A DNA stretch of 15,968 bases. It comes from an uncultured Anaerolineales bacterium. Lineage in GTDB: Bacteria; Chloroflexota; Anaerolineae; UBA4142. The translations under genes were made by a program, and so were the position numbers. The DNA lies in the NCBI GenBank assembly GCA_903825565.1, contig CAIKBD010000346.1:1-15968 (forward strand). Reading direction: 5' to 3'. Below the pieces are notes generated by a model that saw only the letters and a program-made list of their open reading frames with translations, did not search any database and was not told the origin of the DNA. Below, one piece after another: positions 7,340-14,630 of the stretch. Position 1 is the stretch's first letter. Every line of letters begins with the position of its first letter.

Positions 7340-7376
7340 GTCTCCTTGTCGCCCTGTCACCGTGTCACCTTGTCCC
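7338..7376. repeat. GACAAGG-heptad repeat arm R2 (reverse orientation), the right terminal inverted repeat of the four-helix-bundle cassette
   Basis: CGTCTCCTTGTCGCCCTGTCACCGTGTCACCTTGTCCCC. Its reverse complement GGGGACAAGGTGACACGGTGACAGGGCGACAAGGAGACG aligns to R1 with 4 mismatches over 34 bp. It overlaps the last 7 codons (RGDKVTR*) of the upstream gene and the 5' end of the four-helix-bundle ORF. Confidence 0.8.
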
Positions 7377-8190
7377 CGCGGTACACCTCATCCATCGCCC
7401 CCTGCAATTCATTCAATTTGGTCACTTGCTCCGCGATGTCATCGCGCAACCTCTGCGACCGGCTGTCCTGGATGTCGTCTTTCGAACGAATCAACATCAA
7501 TTGCGAATACACCGTGCCAAGCGCGGTCAGCGTCGCATCGAGTTGCAGTTCGGCTTGCTCCATCGTGTTCGTGAGTTGCGCCAGGTTTTGCGCTTGCGCC
7601 CGTTTCGAGGCGAGCGTTTGCTTGGCTTGCTCGCGCACCGCGTCATCATCCTCGCGCGCCACCCGTTTTTCGAGTTCGCGCAATGCGCTAGGCGCGGACG
7701 CCGCATCCTGCTTGATAATCTCATCGCGTTCGTACGCATCGAGCCGTTGCGCGAGCCGGAAAATTTGCGCGATCCAATCGGCAATGCCGGCAGTGGACGA
7801 TTGCAAGTGATCGCGCAAAATCCCGGCTTCGCTTGTACGAATCGTCGCTTCGATACGGTTGCGATAATCGAGCGCGCGTTGCACCGCGGCGCGCAGGGAT
7901 GGCGTGTGGATCGTCGCGGGGTTGAACTCTTCGCGCAACATTTCGGAGACAACCTGCGCGCCGGTGTCAATGTCCTGGATGCTCGTGACGATGATCGCGA
8001 TTTCCGCGACCGCGCCAATCACGAGCCAGTACCACCACTGCCACCAATCGAATGGATGTTGCACAAAGTACGCGAGCAAAATCGTGATCGCAATCGTCGC
8101 CGCGCTTTCAAAGCGAAAAAACGCGTGCGTAAGGATCGCGGAGGTTGCGCGGGTGCGAATCGGTGTTTGGTTCGACATAGATAATTGCAT
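7357..8190 (-). CDS. Membrane-anchored coiled-coil protein (2 N-terminal TM helices plus a cytoplasmic helical domain; XpaC/TelA-like by architecture only)
   Basis: Start MQLSMSNQTP at the ATG 8188-8190; MSNQ at 8178 is also possible. There are two TM segments, AITILLAYFVQHPFDWW and WYWLVIGAVAEIAIIVTSI. A ~200-aa Ala/Gln/Arg/Glu-rich predicted coiled-coil domain follows. The gene lies immediately upstream of the flotillin gene in the same orientation. Confidence 0.55.
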   Translation of the reverse strand: MQLSMSNQTPIRTRATSAILTHAFFRFESAATIAITILLAYFVQHPFDWWQWWYWLVIGAVAEIAIIVTSIQDIDTGAQVVSEMLREEFNPATIHTPSLRAAVQRALDYRNRIEATIRTSEAGILRDHLQSSTAGIADWIAQIFRLAQRLDAYERDEIIKQDAASAPSALRELEKRVAREDDDAVREQAKQTLASKRAQAQNLAQLTNTMEQAELQLDATLTALGTVYSQLMLIRSKDDIQDSRSQRLRDDIAEQVTKLNELQGAMDEVYRGDKVTR

Positions 8191-8196
8191 CTCGTT

Positions 8197-8263
8197 GACA
8201 AGGAGACCGGGCGACAAGGGGACAAGGAGAAAAATCTCCTTGTCGCCCTGTCTCCTTGTCTAC
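8197..8263. repeat. Solo palindromic GACAAGG-heptad element R3 (both arms adjacent, no cargo)
   Basis: Left arm GACAAGGAGACCGGGCGACAAGGGGACAAGGAGA, loop AAAAT, right arm TCTCCTTGTCGCCCTGTCTCCTTGTC. The left arm is about 30/34 identical to R1. The arms pair over roughly 23 bp with one extra bulged heptad. It sits in the intergenic region between the flotillin stop and the start of the coiled-coil gene. Confidence 0.8.
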
Positions 8264-8270
8264 TTTATTT

Positions 8271-10238
8271 CTACTTGTCTTGCTTCAAACTCTGCTTGAT
8301 CTGTTCGCGCAATGCTTCCGCTTCGGCGGAACGTTGCGCGCCGGGATTGACTTGCACGCCGAGGCGCTCTGAGAGCAACATCGCGAGCAAACCTTCCATC
8401 ACATTGCCCGTGCTACCTTGCTGACCATCGCCGCTGTTGATCATCACACGCGGCACGACATCAATGCCGGATTGTTGCACGGCTTCGGCGAAACGATTAA
8501 GCACCGTTTGCGTGACCTGGAATTGCGGTCCGCCGTACGCGCGCACTTGCTCTTCGGTCGCCAACGCTTGCGCGATCCCGATACGCGCCACTTTTTCCGA
8601 TTCCGCTTCGGCGAGCGTGCGAATCTGCGACGCCTGTTGCACCGCGCGTTGATACTCGGCTTTACCCTGGTTCGATTGCACCGTGATGCTCAACTCGGAC
8701 TCGGTGATGTGCTTTTGCATTTCCGCGCGCGCCTGCGCCTCGCGCAGTTCGCGTTCCTTGACCGCCGCCGTTTCCTGACGCCCGTACGTTTCGACTTGCT
8801 CGGTGGCGATTTGGCGCGAACGCAACTGCATCAAAATCGTTTCGATTTGTTGATCGTTCGCGGGCGAGGTCGGCGTGCCGATCAACACTTCTTCGAGTTG
8901 CAGATTATAGTGCTGGAATTTTTCCTGCATCTCCTGGCTCGCGATTTGCTGAATCATACTGCGTTCCTGGATCAGTTGAATCAGCGTGCGCGTCTGCGCG
9001 ATGTTCTTGAAATACGCCGACACCATCGGGTCGAGGGTTTGCTCGACGAGGCGTTTAATGTCGCCGAACCGTTGAATGACGAGCGGCGCTTTTTGGTAAT
9101 CAATGTGAATCACGACCGAGAGCGGGAGCGATGGCTCGAACGCATCTTTGGTGATGAGCGACACTTCGGCGAGATTTTCGTCGAGCCGATGCGAGCCGAC
9201 CTCACTGCGAATCCATTTCAAAATAATGTTCGTCGTCGGCACCATAATCACTTTGCCGGCGTAGGTGTTGAACGCATACTTGCCGGGCAGTAACGCTTCG
9301 CTCCACACGCCGCGCTTGCCGCGCTCGACCATCTCACCGTGCCGATACTCTTTGCCGGACAAGTCTGCGCCGAGTTCGCCGGTGTACGACACGACCACGC
9401 CAACATTGCCGACTTCGACAATCGTCTTTTTGATCATTTCGACAGTAGCGAAAAAGCGATTGATATAGTACGTGCCTTCGACCAGCACTTGGAGTTGCCG
9501 CCCGCGCAAACCGTTTGCCGCCAAGAATTTATCGGCGTCTTGGAAATTGTTGTGATACGTCTCCGCGTCCGCCGGCTTGTCGCCGACGATGGGCGCGATG
9601 ATTTCGCCTTGCGGCAAACTGGGCCCATCGTGCACCGTGACGATGCCGACGAGATCATCCGTGTCCTTGATCACGACCGGGCGAAAGCCGTTGCGCTCGG
9701 CGATCACTTCCGCCATCTTGCGAATGACGTCGGCTTCGTCGCGGTTGAGCGGCAGAGAAAACACGCGCTCTTCGGTGATGACGACGAACTGCATCAGGTT
9801 GATCGCGTATGTGCCTTCGCGCAAAATCCGGCGTTGTGGACCGCGTTGCCCGTCGTTGGCAAGAAATGTTTCGACATCCTGGAAATCGCTCACCGTCGCG
9901 TTCGACGCGAGAACCTGGGTCGGATCGAGTTGCTTGCCGTCGCGCGCAAACACATAGCCGATTTTCCCTTGCGTGATCGTGACGAGCGGCGCGATGTGGA
10001 CGTGGTACTGAATCGGCATGAGGTAATGCAAACCGCCGCGCAAAACGTGCGCCTGGTAGCCGGCTTCGCCCGCGAGTGCGATAAATCCGGACTTGAGCGA
10101 ACCCTTGCCGCTGATGCGCTTTTCGACAATGCCGATGCGGCTGTTCGGGATGAAACGAAAACCGGACAGCGCGATCAGCACGACGCAGATGAGCAAGATG
10201 GCGAATGTAAAACCGAGCAGTGGCAGAATGACGTTCAT
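8271..10238 (-). CDS. Flotillin-family SPFH/band-7 protein (YqiK / FloT-like)
   Basis: 655 aa from MNVILPLLGF, the ATG at 10236-10238, with AAGGAGA SD 5 nt upstream. It has an N-terminal TM anchor and an SPFH domain. The long C-terminal flotillin-type coiled coil shows EA-repeat character (AVKERELREAQARAEMQK...AEAESEKVARIGIAQALATEEQVRAYGG). Confidence 0.9.
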   Translation of the reverse strand: MNVILPLLGFTFAILLICVVLIALSGFRFIPNSRIGIVEKRISGKGSLKSGFIALAGEAGYQAHVLRGGLHYLMPIQYHVHIAPLVTITQGKIGYVFARDGKQLDPTQVLASNATVSDFQDVETFLANDGQRGPQRRILREGTYAINLMQFVVITEERVFSLPLNRDEADVIRKMAEVIAERNGFRPVVIKDTDDLVGIVTVHDGPSLPQGEIIAPIVGDKPADAETYHNNFQDADKFLAANGLRGRQLQVLVEGTYYINRFFATVEMIKKTIVEVGNVGVVVSYTGELGADLSGKEYRHGEMVERGKRGVWSEALLPGKYAFNTYAGKVIMVPTTNIILKWIRSEVGSHRLDENLAEVSLITKDAFEPSLPLSVVIHIDYQKAPLVIQRFGDIKRLVEQTLDPMVSAYFKNIAQTRTLIQLIQERSMIQQIASQEMQEKFQHYNLQLEEVLIGTPTSPANDQQIETILMQLRSRQIATEQVETYGRQETAAVKERELREAQARAEMQKHITESELSITVQSNQGKAEYQRAVQQASQIRTLAEAESEKVARIGIAQALATEEQVRAYGGPQFQVTQTVLNRFAEAVQQSGIDVVPRVMINSGDGQQGSTGNVMEGLLAMLLSERLGVQVNPGAQRSAEAEALREQIKQSLKQDK

Positions 10239-10261
10239 CGTGATCTCCTTCTTCAATGAGC

Positions 10262-10328
10262 GGGAAAGGGGGTGAGAGGGAGGGTGGGGGATTTTCTCCC
10301 CCTCACCTTGTCTCCCACCTTCCCCCTC
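10262..10328. repeat. G-rich / C-rich imperfect inverted repeat R4 containing a CCTTGTC unit
   Basis: GGGAAAGGGGGTGAGAGGGAGGGTGGGGGA tttt CTCCCCCTCACCTTGTCTCCCACCTTCCCCCTC. It lies in the intergenic region between the VWA gene stop and the flotillin start, so it may be a terminator or structured RNA. Confidence 0.5.
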
Positions 10329-10332
10329 GCTA

Positions 10333-12018
10333 TCAAAAGTACGTTGACAGTATTTTATACAACTTGCGAATTGTCTCCGGGTCGGCGCGGCGGGCGAATC
10401 CGCCGGTCGTTTCCGCCAGCGTGTTGAGCACGTTCCAATCGGCGTCGTTGCCGTAGCCGATGCAAAAGATCACCACCGGCACGCCGGTCTGGTTGGTGCG
10501 CTTGATCTTTTGCGCGAGCGCGTTCAAATTCGTTTGCGACGAATTTTCGATCCCGTCGGTCATCACCAGAATTGCGTTGATGCGGTCGCGTTCGTTGCGC
10601 TTTTGCAGATCGTCGTACGCGTACTGCACGGCATCGAGCAAAGCGGTTTGCCCGCTTGCGCGCAATCCGCTCACTTGCGTTTTGAGCGCGGCGCGTTGCT
10701 TGCTCACATCTTGCGGCGCGACGGCGTTATACACCCGGTTCGAGAATGGCACCAAGCCCACGCGATCCCGGTCGCCCTGCACTTGATCGAGAAAGGTGTT
10801 GAGCGCGTCTACGGCTTGCGTCAACTTGTTTTGCTCGCCCATACTGCCGGACGTATCCGCGATGAGATAAATATTCGCGGGGCGTTTTGCCAAGTACCAC
10901 ACCGCTTGCACTTGTTCGATGATCGCCGGGTTTGGCATTTGTAGCGTCGTCTGCGGTTGCGCCGGGTCAACGCCGTTCGCCGTTTTGATCGGCGACGCCG
11001 GATCGTCAAGCCGCAAGTTCAAATCCACCGGGCGATAGCCGGCTTGCAAAATCAATTTTTGCGTTTCGGACGCCAAGAGAAAATCGCGCAAGCGGCGATA
11101 CGTGAGCCGCTGATCGTTTGTGAGCGTCGGCTGTTCGAGCAGGGCAAGGGGATGATCCTGCCACAAAGTTCCTTCGACGGGATAGATCGCAACGAGTTTT
11201 TGCGCCGACTTGGTGTTGAAATAAATGACCATCTGCTCGGAAACGATGAATGCGTCGAGGTAACTGCGACCGCTTTTGAGAACCTGGTCAATCGTTGCGG
11301 CTTCGCCTTCGCCGTAATAGCGCACCGTTTTTTCGAGCGCGGCGACGTAATCGAGCGTCGCGCGATTTTGCAGATCGTCTTCGGTGAGGTTGCGCGTTTT
11401 GTTCGCGCCGGCGTAAAATTCAGCGAGCGTCGCGAGTAAGCCGCTGGCGGAACTGGTGGACGGGTGGCTCCATTTGAAATTCGGATCGCTCCGCGCTTTG
11501 GTCAACAAATCTTTCCAGCCGATTTGTTTTTGTGGATGTCCGAGTACTTGCGCGACCTCGTTCCACATTGCGATCACGACCGGCGTCACGGCGAAGCGTG
11601 TTGCTTCGCCGACAAGTGGGCGATCCAACCCGGCGTCAATTTGCGCGAGCCACAGCGACGAGTCGGGGTTGATCGCCGTGAATTTGCCGGCGCGCGCTTG
11701 CTCGACAATGTCTGCGGCGTCCAGCTTGGTCGCGTTGATTTTCATCGGCAAGCCGGACGGGGTTTTGTAATTCGCCTTGTTGAAACGCGCGACCAGGTCT
11801 TGCATCAGCGCGTCCTTTTCCGGCGAGTAGGCGAGATCGAGCGTGGCGGTTTGCGGCGCAGGTGTGGCGGAAGCGTCGTTGTTCAACAGCATGAACACGC
11901 CGGCGATGCCGCACATTGCCGCGCCGATGCCGATTACGACGACGACGACGGCAAGCAAAGCGCAACCGTTCGCTTTATTCAGGGCAGGATTTTTTGGCGC
12001 ACGTTTATTTTTTGGCAT
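10333..12018 (-). CDS. Membrane-anchored VWA (von Willebrand factor type A) domain protein with an N-terminal periplasmic-binding-like domain
   Basis: Start MPKNKRAPKNP at the ATG 12016-12018. It has one TM helix, ALLAVVVVVIGIGAAMCGIAGVFMLL. A ~330-aa extracytoplasmic domain follows. The C-terminal VWA domain has the MIDAS motif IYLIADTSGSMGEQNKL...TALLDAV...LVMTDGIENS. The track ORF starts at a GTG 4 codons upstream. Confidence 0.8.
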   Translation of the reverse strand: MPKNKRAPKNPALNKANGCALLAVVVVVIGIGAAMCGIAGVFMLLNNDASATPAPQTATLDLAYSPEKDALMQDLVARFNKANYKTPSGLPMKINATKLDAADIVEQARAGKFTAINPDSSLWLAQIDAGLDRPLVGEATRFAVTPVVIAMWNEVAQVLGHPQKQIGWKDLLTKARSDPNFKWSHPSTSSASGLLATLAEFYAGANKTRNLTEDDLQNRATLDYVAALEKTVRYYGEGEAATIDQVLKSGRSYLDAFIVSEQMVIYFNTKSAQKLVAIYPVEGTLWQDHPLALLEQPTLTNDQRLTYRRLRDFLLASETQKLILQAGYRPVDLNLRLDDPASPIKTANGVDPAQPQTTLQMPNPAIIEQVQAVWYLAKRPANIYLIADTSGSMGEQNKLTQAVDALNTFLDQVQGDRDRVGLVPFSNRVYNAVAPQDVSKQRAALKTQVSGLRASGQTALLDAVQYAYDDLQKRNERDRINAILVMTDGIENSSQTNLNALAQKIKRTNQTGVPVVIFCIGYGNDADWNVLNTLAETTGGFARRADPETIRKLYKILSTYF

Positions 12019-12054
12019 TCCGTTTTTCACTCGTTCCGCTTTACGTTTTACGCT

Positions 12055-13242
12055 CTATCGCCCTTTGATATTCAGATCAAACCAGCGCCGCAGGGCTTGC
12101 AACGTATCCCGATCCGGCGAGCGCATCCGCGCCGGACTTTCCACTTTGGGTTTGGCGCCTTGCCCTTGCCATTTCACGAACAAGCTGTCGGCGGTGGCGA
12201 TGGAGACTTCGGCGTTTGCCGGGCGAAAGCCGCGTTGCGCCGCCAGGGTTTGAAGCGGCGCGGAAAGCAAAAATTTTTCAAACTGGATCGCCGCGTTCTT
12301 TTCCGCCGCGCTGGTTTCGGGTCCCATCCAAATCGTGAACGGAAAATCGAACCAGGTCAAATATTTCGGATACACGATCACGAGCGGGTCCGCCCAGCGC
12401 GTTTGGATGCCGCTCATGTTCACGAGCAGATCGCTTTCGAGCAACTGCCCGCCGTCGCCGACCGAGGAGCCGAACAGCGCCAGGTCTTCGACCGTGTACG
12501 AACTGAGCGAAGAGAAATCGGTGACGGCGCCCATCAACTCTTTGAGCCACGCTTGGAATTTGGGGTTGGTTACATCTTCGGTGGCGATGCTTGCTTTGTC
12601 ATAGTACTCCCCTGCCGCCGACACCATCGCCAGCAAACCCGCCGCGTTCTTGTTCGGGTTCGGTACGATCAATTTGAAATAGCCCCATTTCGGATCGCCG
12701 CCTAGTTCGGGCCATCCCCCTTTGGCGATTGCCGCGTCGTGTACGGTTTTCCAATTGACGTTGCCCTGCCCAAACTTTTTTTCGAGCGTGTCAAAGCGCG
12801 ATTTGTAAATGCCCCACGCGAACAGCGAGGTGACGAGCGGGCGCGCGCGATATTCGCCATCGGTCAAGAAAATGTCGCGCCCCAGTTTCTCGCTTTGCGT
12901 CGCATTGACCAGTTCGACGAGATAGCGGCTGTCAGGAATCCATGCGGTTGGCACCGGGTTGAATTCGCCGCGATCCCATTTGCCGAGCGCGGTTACACTG
13001 TCCATCGGCGTCACGCTCACTACGATTGTCCGTCCGTCGAGCGTACGTTTCTCGGCGTTGAATTTTTGCGCCGCGTCTTGCACCCAGGGTTCGATGGGCA
13101 ACGCCGAAACCACGCGCACCGAAATTGGTTGCGCGGTGGGATTCGGCACACTCCCGCTAATTTGCGAAAGCAAAAACGAAACGCCGACGATGAGGAGCGC
13201 GAGCAGAACGACGGCGAAGAAAATGAGTCTTGTGCGATTCAT
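12055..13242 (-). CDS. Membrane-anchored extracytoplasmic solute-binding-like protein (PBP-fold), paralogous in architecture to the N-terminal half of the VWA protein
   Basis: ATG at 13240-13242. It has an N-terminal TM anchor, LIFFAVVLLALLIVGVSFLL, and a ~370-aa secreted domain with alternating beta-alpha character (VVSVTPMDS..., LIVPNPNKNAAGLLAMVSAAGEYY...). There is a 36-nt gap to the VWA gene, so they are probably co-transcribed. Confidence 0.6.
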   Translation of the reverse strand: MNRTRLIFFAVVLLALLIVGVSFLLSQISGSVPNPTAQPISVRVVSALPIEPWVQDAAQKFNAEKRTLDGRTIVVSVTPMDSVTALGKWDRGEFNPVPTAWIPDSRYLVELVNATQSEKLGRDIFLTDGEYRARPLVTSLFAWGIYKSRFDTLEKKFGQGNVNWKTVHDAAIAKGGWPELGGDPKWGYFKLIVPNPNKNAAGLLAMVSAAGEYYDKASIATEDVTNPKFQAWLKELMGAVTDFSSLSSYTVEDLALFGSSVGDGGQLLESDLLVNMSGIQTRWADPLVIVYPKYLTWFDFPFTIWMGPETSAAEKNAAIQFEKFLLSAPLQTLAAQRGFRPANAEVSIATADSLFVKWQGQGAKPKVESPARMRSPDRDTLQALRRWFDLNIKGR

Positions 13243-13256
13243 AAGGTTGTCTCTGT

Positions 13257-13329
13257 TGACAAGGTGACAAGGAGACAGGGAGACACGGAGCGATCACCTT
13301 GTCACCTTGTCTCCGTGTCTCCTTGCCTT
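13257..13329. repeat. Solo palindromic GACAAGG-heptad element R5
   Basis: Left arm GACAAGGTGACAAGGAGACAGGGAGACACGGAG, spacer CGATCA, right arm CCTTGTCACCTTGTCTCCGTGTCTCCTTGCCTTG. The left arm is about 28/33 identical to R1. The order of the complementary segments is A-B-A'-B', so the pairing is imperfect or pseudoknot-capable. It sits between the PspA stop and the start of the PBP-like gene. Confidence 0.8.
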
Positions 13330-13339
13330 GTGTTGCGGA

Positions 13340-14017
13340 TTACGCTAATCCCAATTTTTTCTTCCGTTCCGCCAACTGCGTGTCGAGCGTGTGGCGTTCG
13401 AGCAGTTCGTCCATTTGCGTGTCGAGCCGCGATGCTTGCATTTCGGCGCGCGCGCTGGCTTTGTCGAGGCGTCCGCGAATGCTTTCCGCCATGCGCGCCA
13501 CGTCTTGATCGCCCGAACCCATCAGATTATCGAGCGATTGCATCGTCTTCGCCGTCAACTCTTTCGACTTGGCGAGATCAAGCAGGGCTTGCATTTCCTC
13601 GCGTTCTTGCTTGACGGTGGTCAGTTTCGCTTCGAGTTTCAGTTTGGCATCGAGCAATTTTTGGTACTCGGACTGTTGGCGCTCGTACTGCGACTTGTAT
13701 GTTTCGGCGAGCCGCGCGGTCGAATTCAATTTGCTCTGCGCGGCGACGGCGAGTTCTTCTCTGCCTTCCTTCAACATCAAGTCAATGTTGCGATCCAACT
13801 CGGCGGCTTTGTCAGCGAAATCGTCCCATTTGCGTTTGAGCGTTTTCACTTCGCCGCCGATGGTTGCCGCGGCGTCTTCCAGGTCTTCGAGATTGTTTTC
13901 AACCTGGCGGATGTACTGATCGATCACCGCAAGCGAATTTTTCTTGAGCGCCTCATCCACGAGCGCGTGCAAATTTGCCGCGATGAGCGTTTGCACTTTT
14001 TCGATTAAACTAGCCAT
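13340..14017 (-). CDS. pspA: PspA/IM30 family protein (phage shock protein A / Vipp1 / LiaH-like)
   Basis: 225 aa from MASLIEKVQTLIAANLHALVDEALKK, the ATG at 14015-14017, with AAGGAGGAA SD 4 nt upstream. The all-helical coiled coil carries the family N-terminal amphipathic helix and the conserved ...KRKWDDFADKA...LAKSKELTAKT... layout. Confidence 0.9.
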   Translation of the reverse strand: MASLIEKVQTLIAANLHALVDEALKKNSLAVIDQYIRQVENNLEDLEDAAATIGGEVKTLKRKWDDFADKAAELDRNIDLMLKEGREELAVAAQSKLNSTARLAETYKSQYERQQSEYQKLLDAKLKLEAKLTTVKQEREEMQALLDLAKSKELTAKTMQSLDNLMGSGDQDVARMAESIRGRLDKASARAEMQASRLDTQMDELLERHTLDTQLAERKKKLGLA

Positions 14018-14057
14018 TGGGTTCCTCCTTGTTTTGAATCTGGCGCAATTATAACAT

Positions 14058-14066
14058 CGCGCGGCG
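14058..14066 (-). promoter_or_regulatory. Extended -10 element TGTTATAAT upstream of pspA
   Basis: The minus strand reads GATGTTATAATTGCG, about 40 nt upstream of the pspA ATG. It matches the TGnTATAAT consensus and has no good -35. Confidence 0.4.
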
Positions 14067-14099
14067 CGCCAATCCTGACGTGCGGCTGACGGATTGCGG

Positions 14100-14206
14100 T
14101 TACTCGTCCTGATATTCGTTGGGCGCGACGAACAAGCGTCGAATGGCACCGCCCAGACGCACGCCATTCTTCTCGTGCGTCATTCCGATTTTTTCCGCGA
14201 CGCGCT
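14100..14206 (-). pseudogene. Relic 3' end of a GNAT acetyltransferase gene (last ~36 codons, diverged paralogue of the 14631..15146 C-terminus)
   Basis: It translates to QRVAEKIGMTHEKNGVRLGGAIRRLFVAPNEYQDE*. The intact GNAT ends QRVAEKIGMTHEQDVVRPNGAVRRLYVLHADKQDE*. The 33 bp at 14172-14204 (TCGTGCGTCATTCCGATTTTTTCCGCGACGCG) are identical to 14701-14733, and the rest is about 60-65% identical. There is no upstream coding continuation, because an in-frame stop lies at 14258. Confidence 0.65.
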
Positions 14207-14265
14207 GTAAAAAAACAGTCGCCCGTTTCGAATGGTGAAAGCAACACCAAGTGCGATCTCACATC

Positions 14266-14295
14266 GAATCTATGCGACTGTTTTGTCTGCGTCAA
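14266..14295 (-). promoter_or_regulatory. Sigma70-like promoter candidate TTGACG-N18-TAGATT, a duplicate of the promoter at 14573..14601
   Basis: The minus strand reads ATTTGTAAATTGACGCAGACAAAACAGTCGCATAGATTCG. The surrounding ~60 bp are about 75% identical to 14594-14655, sharing TGCGTCAA, TTACAAAT and CGTCTTGCTT. Confidence 0.35.
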
Positions 14296-14316
14296 TTTAC
14301 AAATGAATTGGCAATT

Positions 14317-14532
14317 TTATCGGGCGTCTTGCTTGGTTTTTCTGGCGCGGCGCATCATCTGGGCGAGTGTTGCGACATCCGTATCGGGCAACCAGTTGAA
14401 ACGATCACGCGTGTAATCGCCGTGTCCGGTTTCAAATTGCTGGAGAAACCGAATCATTCCAACGACGCCCAACTCGCGCGTCAGGGCGGCAAGTCCACTC
14501 ACGCGAATCTGTTCCCAAGTCATTGTTGGCAC
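14317..14532 (-). CDS. Small hypothetical protein (71 aa) with its own promoter, sitting between the GNAT gene and the GNAT 3' relic
   Basis: GTG at 14530-14532 is preceded by GGAG at 9-nt spacing; the alternative ATG at 14521-14523 has no SD within range. The protein is MPTMTWEQIRVSGLAALTRELGVVGMIRFLQQFETGHGDYTRDRFNWLPDTDVATLAQMMRRARKTKQDAR. It is not Arg-rich shadow-like and I could not recognise a family. Its 3' end and downstream region are homologous to the GNAT 3' end and downstream region. Confidence 0.45.
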   Translation of the reverse strand: MPTMTWEQIRVSGLAALTRELGVVGMIRFLQQFETGHGDYTRDRFNWLPDTDVATLAQMMRRARKTKQDAR

Positions 14533-14572
14533 GTTTTACCACTCCAAGTTTGGCGAACCTTCGCACACCAGC

Positions 14573-14601
14573 ATCATACCATTGTGTTAATTGTGCGTCA
14601 A
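14573..14601 (-). promoter_or_regulatory. Strong sigma70-like promoter TTGACG-N17-TATGAT driving the 71-aa ORF
   Basis: The minus strand reads AAGTTGACGCACAATTAACACAATGGTATGATGCTGG, and the spacing is exactly 17 bp. It sits about 35 nt upstream of the small-ORF start and immediately downstream of the GNAT stop. Confidence 0.55.
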
Positions 14602-14630
14602 CTTGATTTTACAAATCACGAGCCAGACAA

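Noticed and set aside
6959-7376. Possibility that the Avd-like four-helix-bundle gene marks a diversity-generating retroelement
   Set aside because: There is no reverse transcriptase ORF, no template/variable repeat pair, and no adenine-specific mutagenesis target in the window. The flanking repeats are short heptad palindromes, not TR/VR.
7243-8184. 313-aa plus-strand ORF, plus the nested 7316..7810 and 7254..7574 ORFs
   Set aside because: They are antisense to the well-supported coiled-coil membrane protein gene. The composition is Arg/Leu-rich shadow type.
9339-10259. 306-aa plus-strand ORF
   Set aside because: It is antisense to the flotillin gene, which has a strong family match and a perfect RBS. 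It is a shadow frame.
10262-10328. G/C-rich inverted repeat as a canonical intrinsic terminator
   Set aside because: The stem is imperfect and it is followed by CCCCCUUUCCC rather than a U-run. It is reported only as a repeat or structured element.
11464-12705. 413-aa plus-strand ORF
   Set aside because: It is antisense to the VWA and PBP-like genes. It has Arg-rich low-complexity translation and no RBS. It is a shadow ORF.
6919-13329. Possibility that the GACAAGG repeat arrays are a CRISPR array
   Set aside because: The units are 7-8 bp degenerate heptads in palindromic arrangement. There are no 28-37-bp direct repeats, no unique spacers of regular length, and no cas genes.
14005-14295. 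96-aa minus-strand ORF spanning the GNAT 3' relic
   Set aside because: It is in a different frame from the GNAT-homologous reading. It starts inside the promoter-like duplicated region and its translation is Arg-rich. The homology-supported frame is the short relic at 14100-14206.
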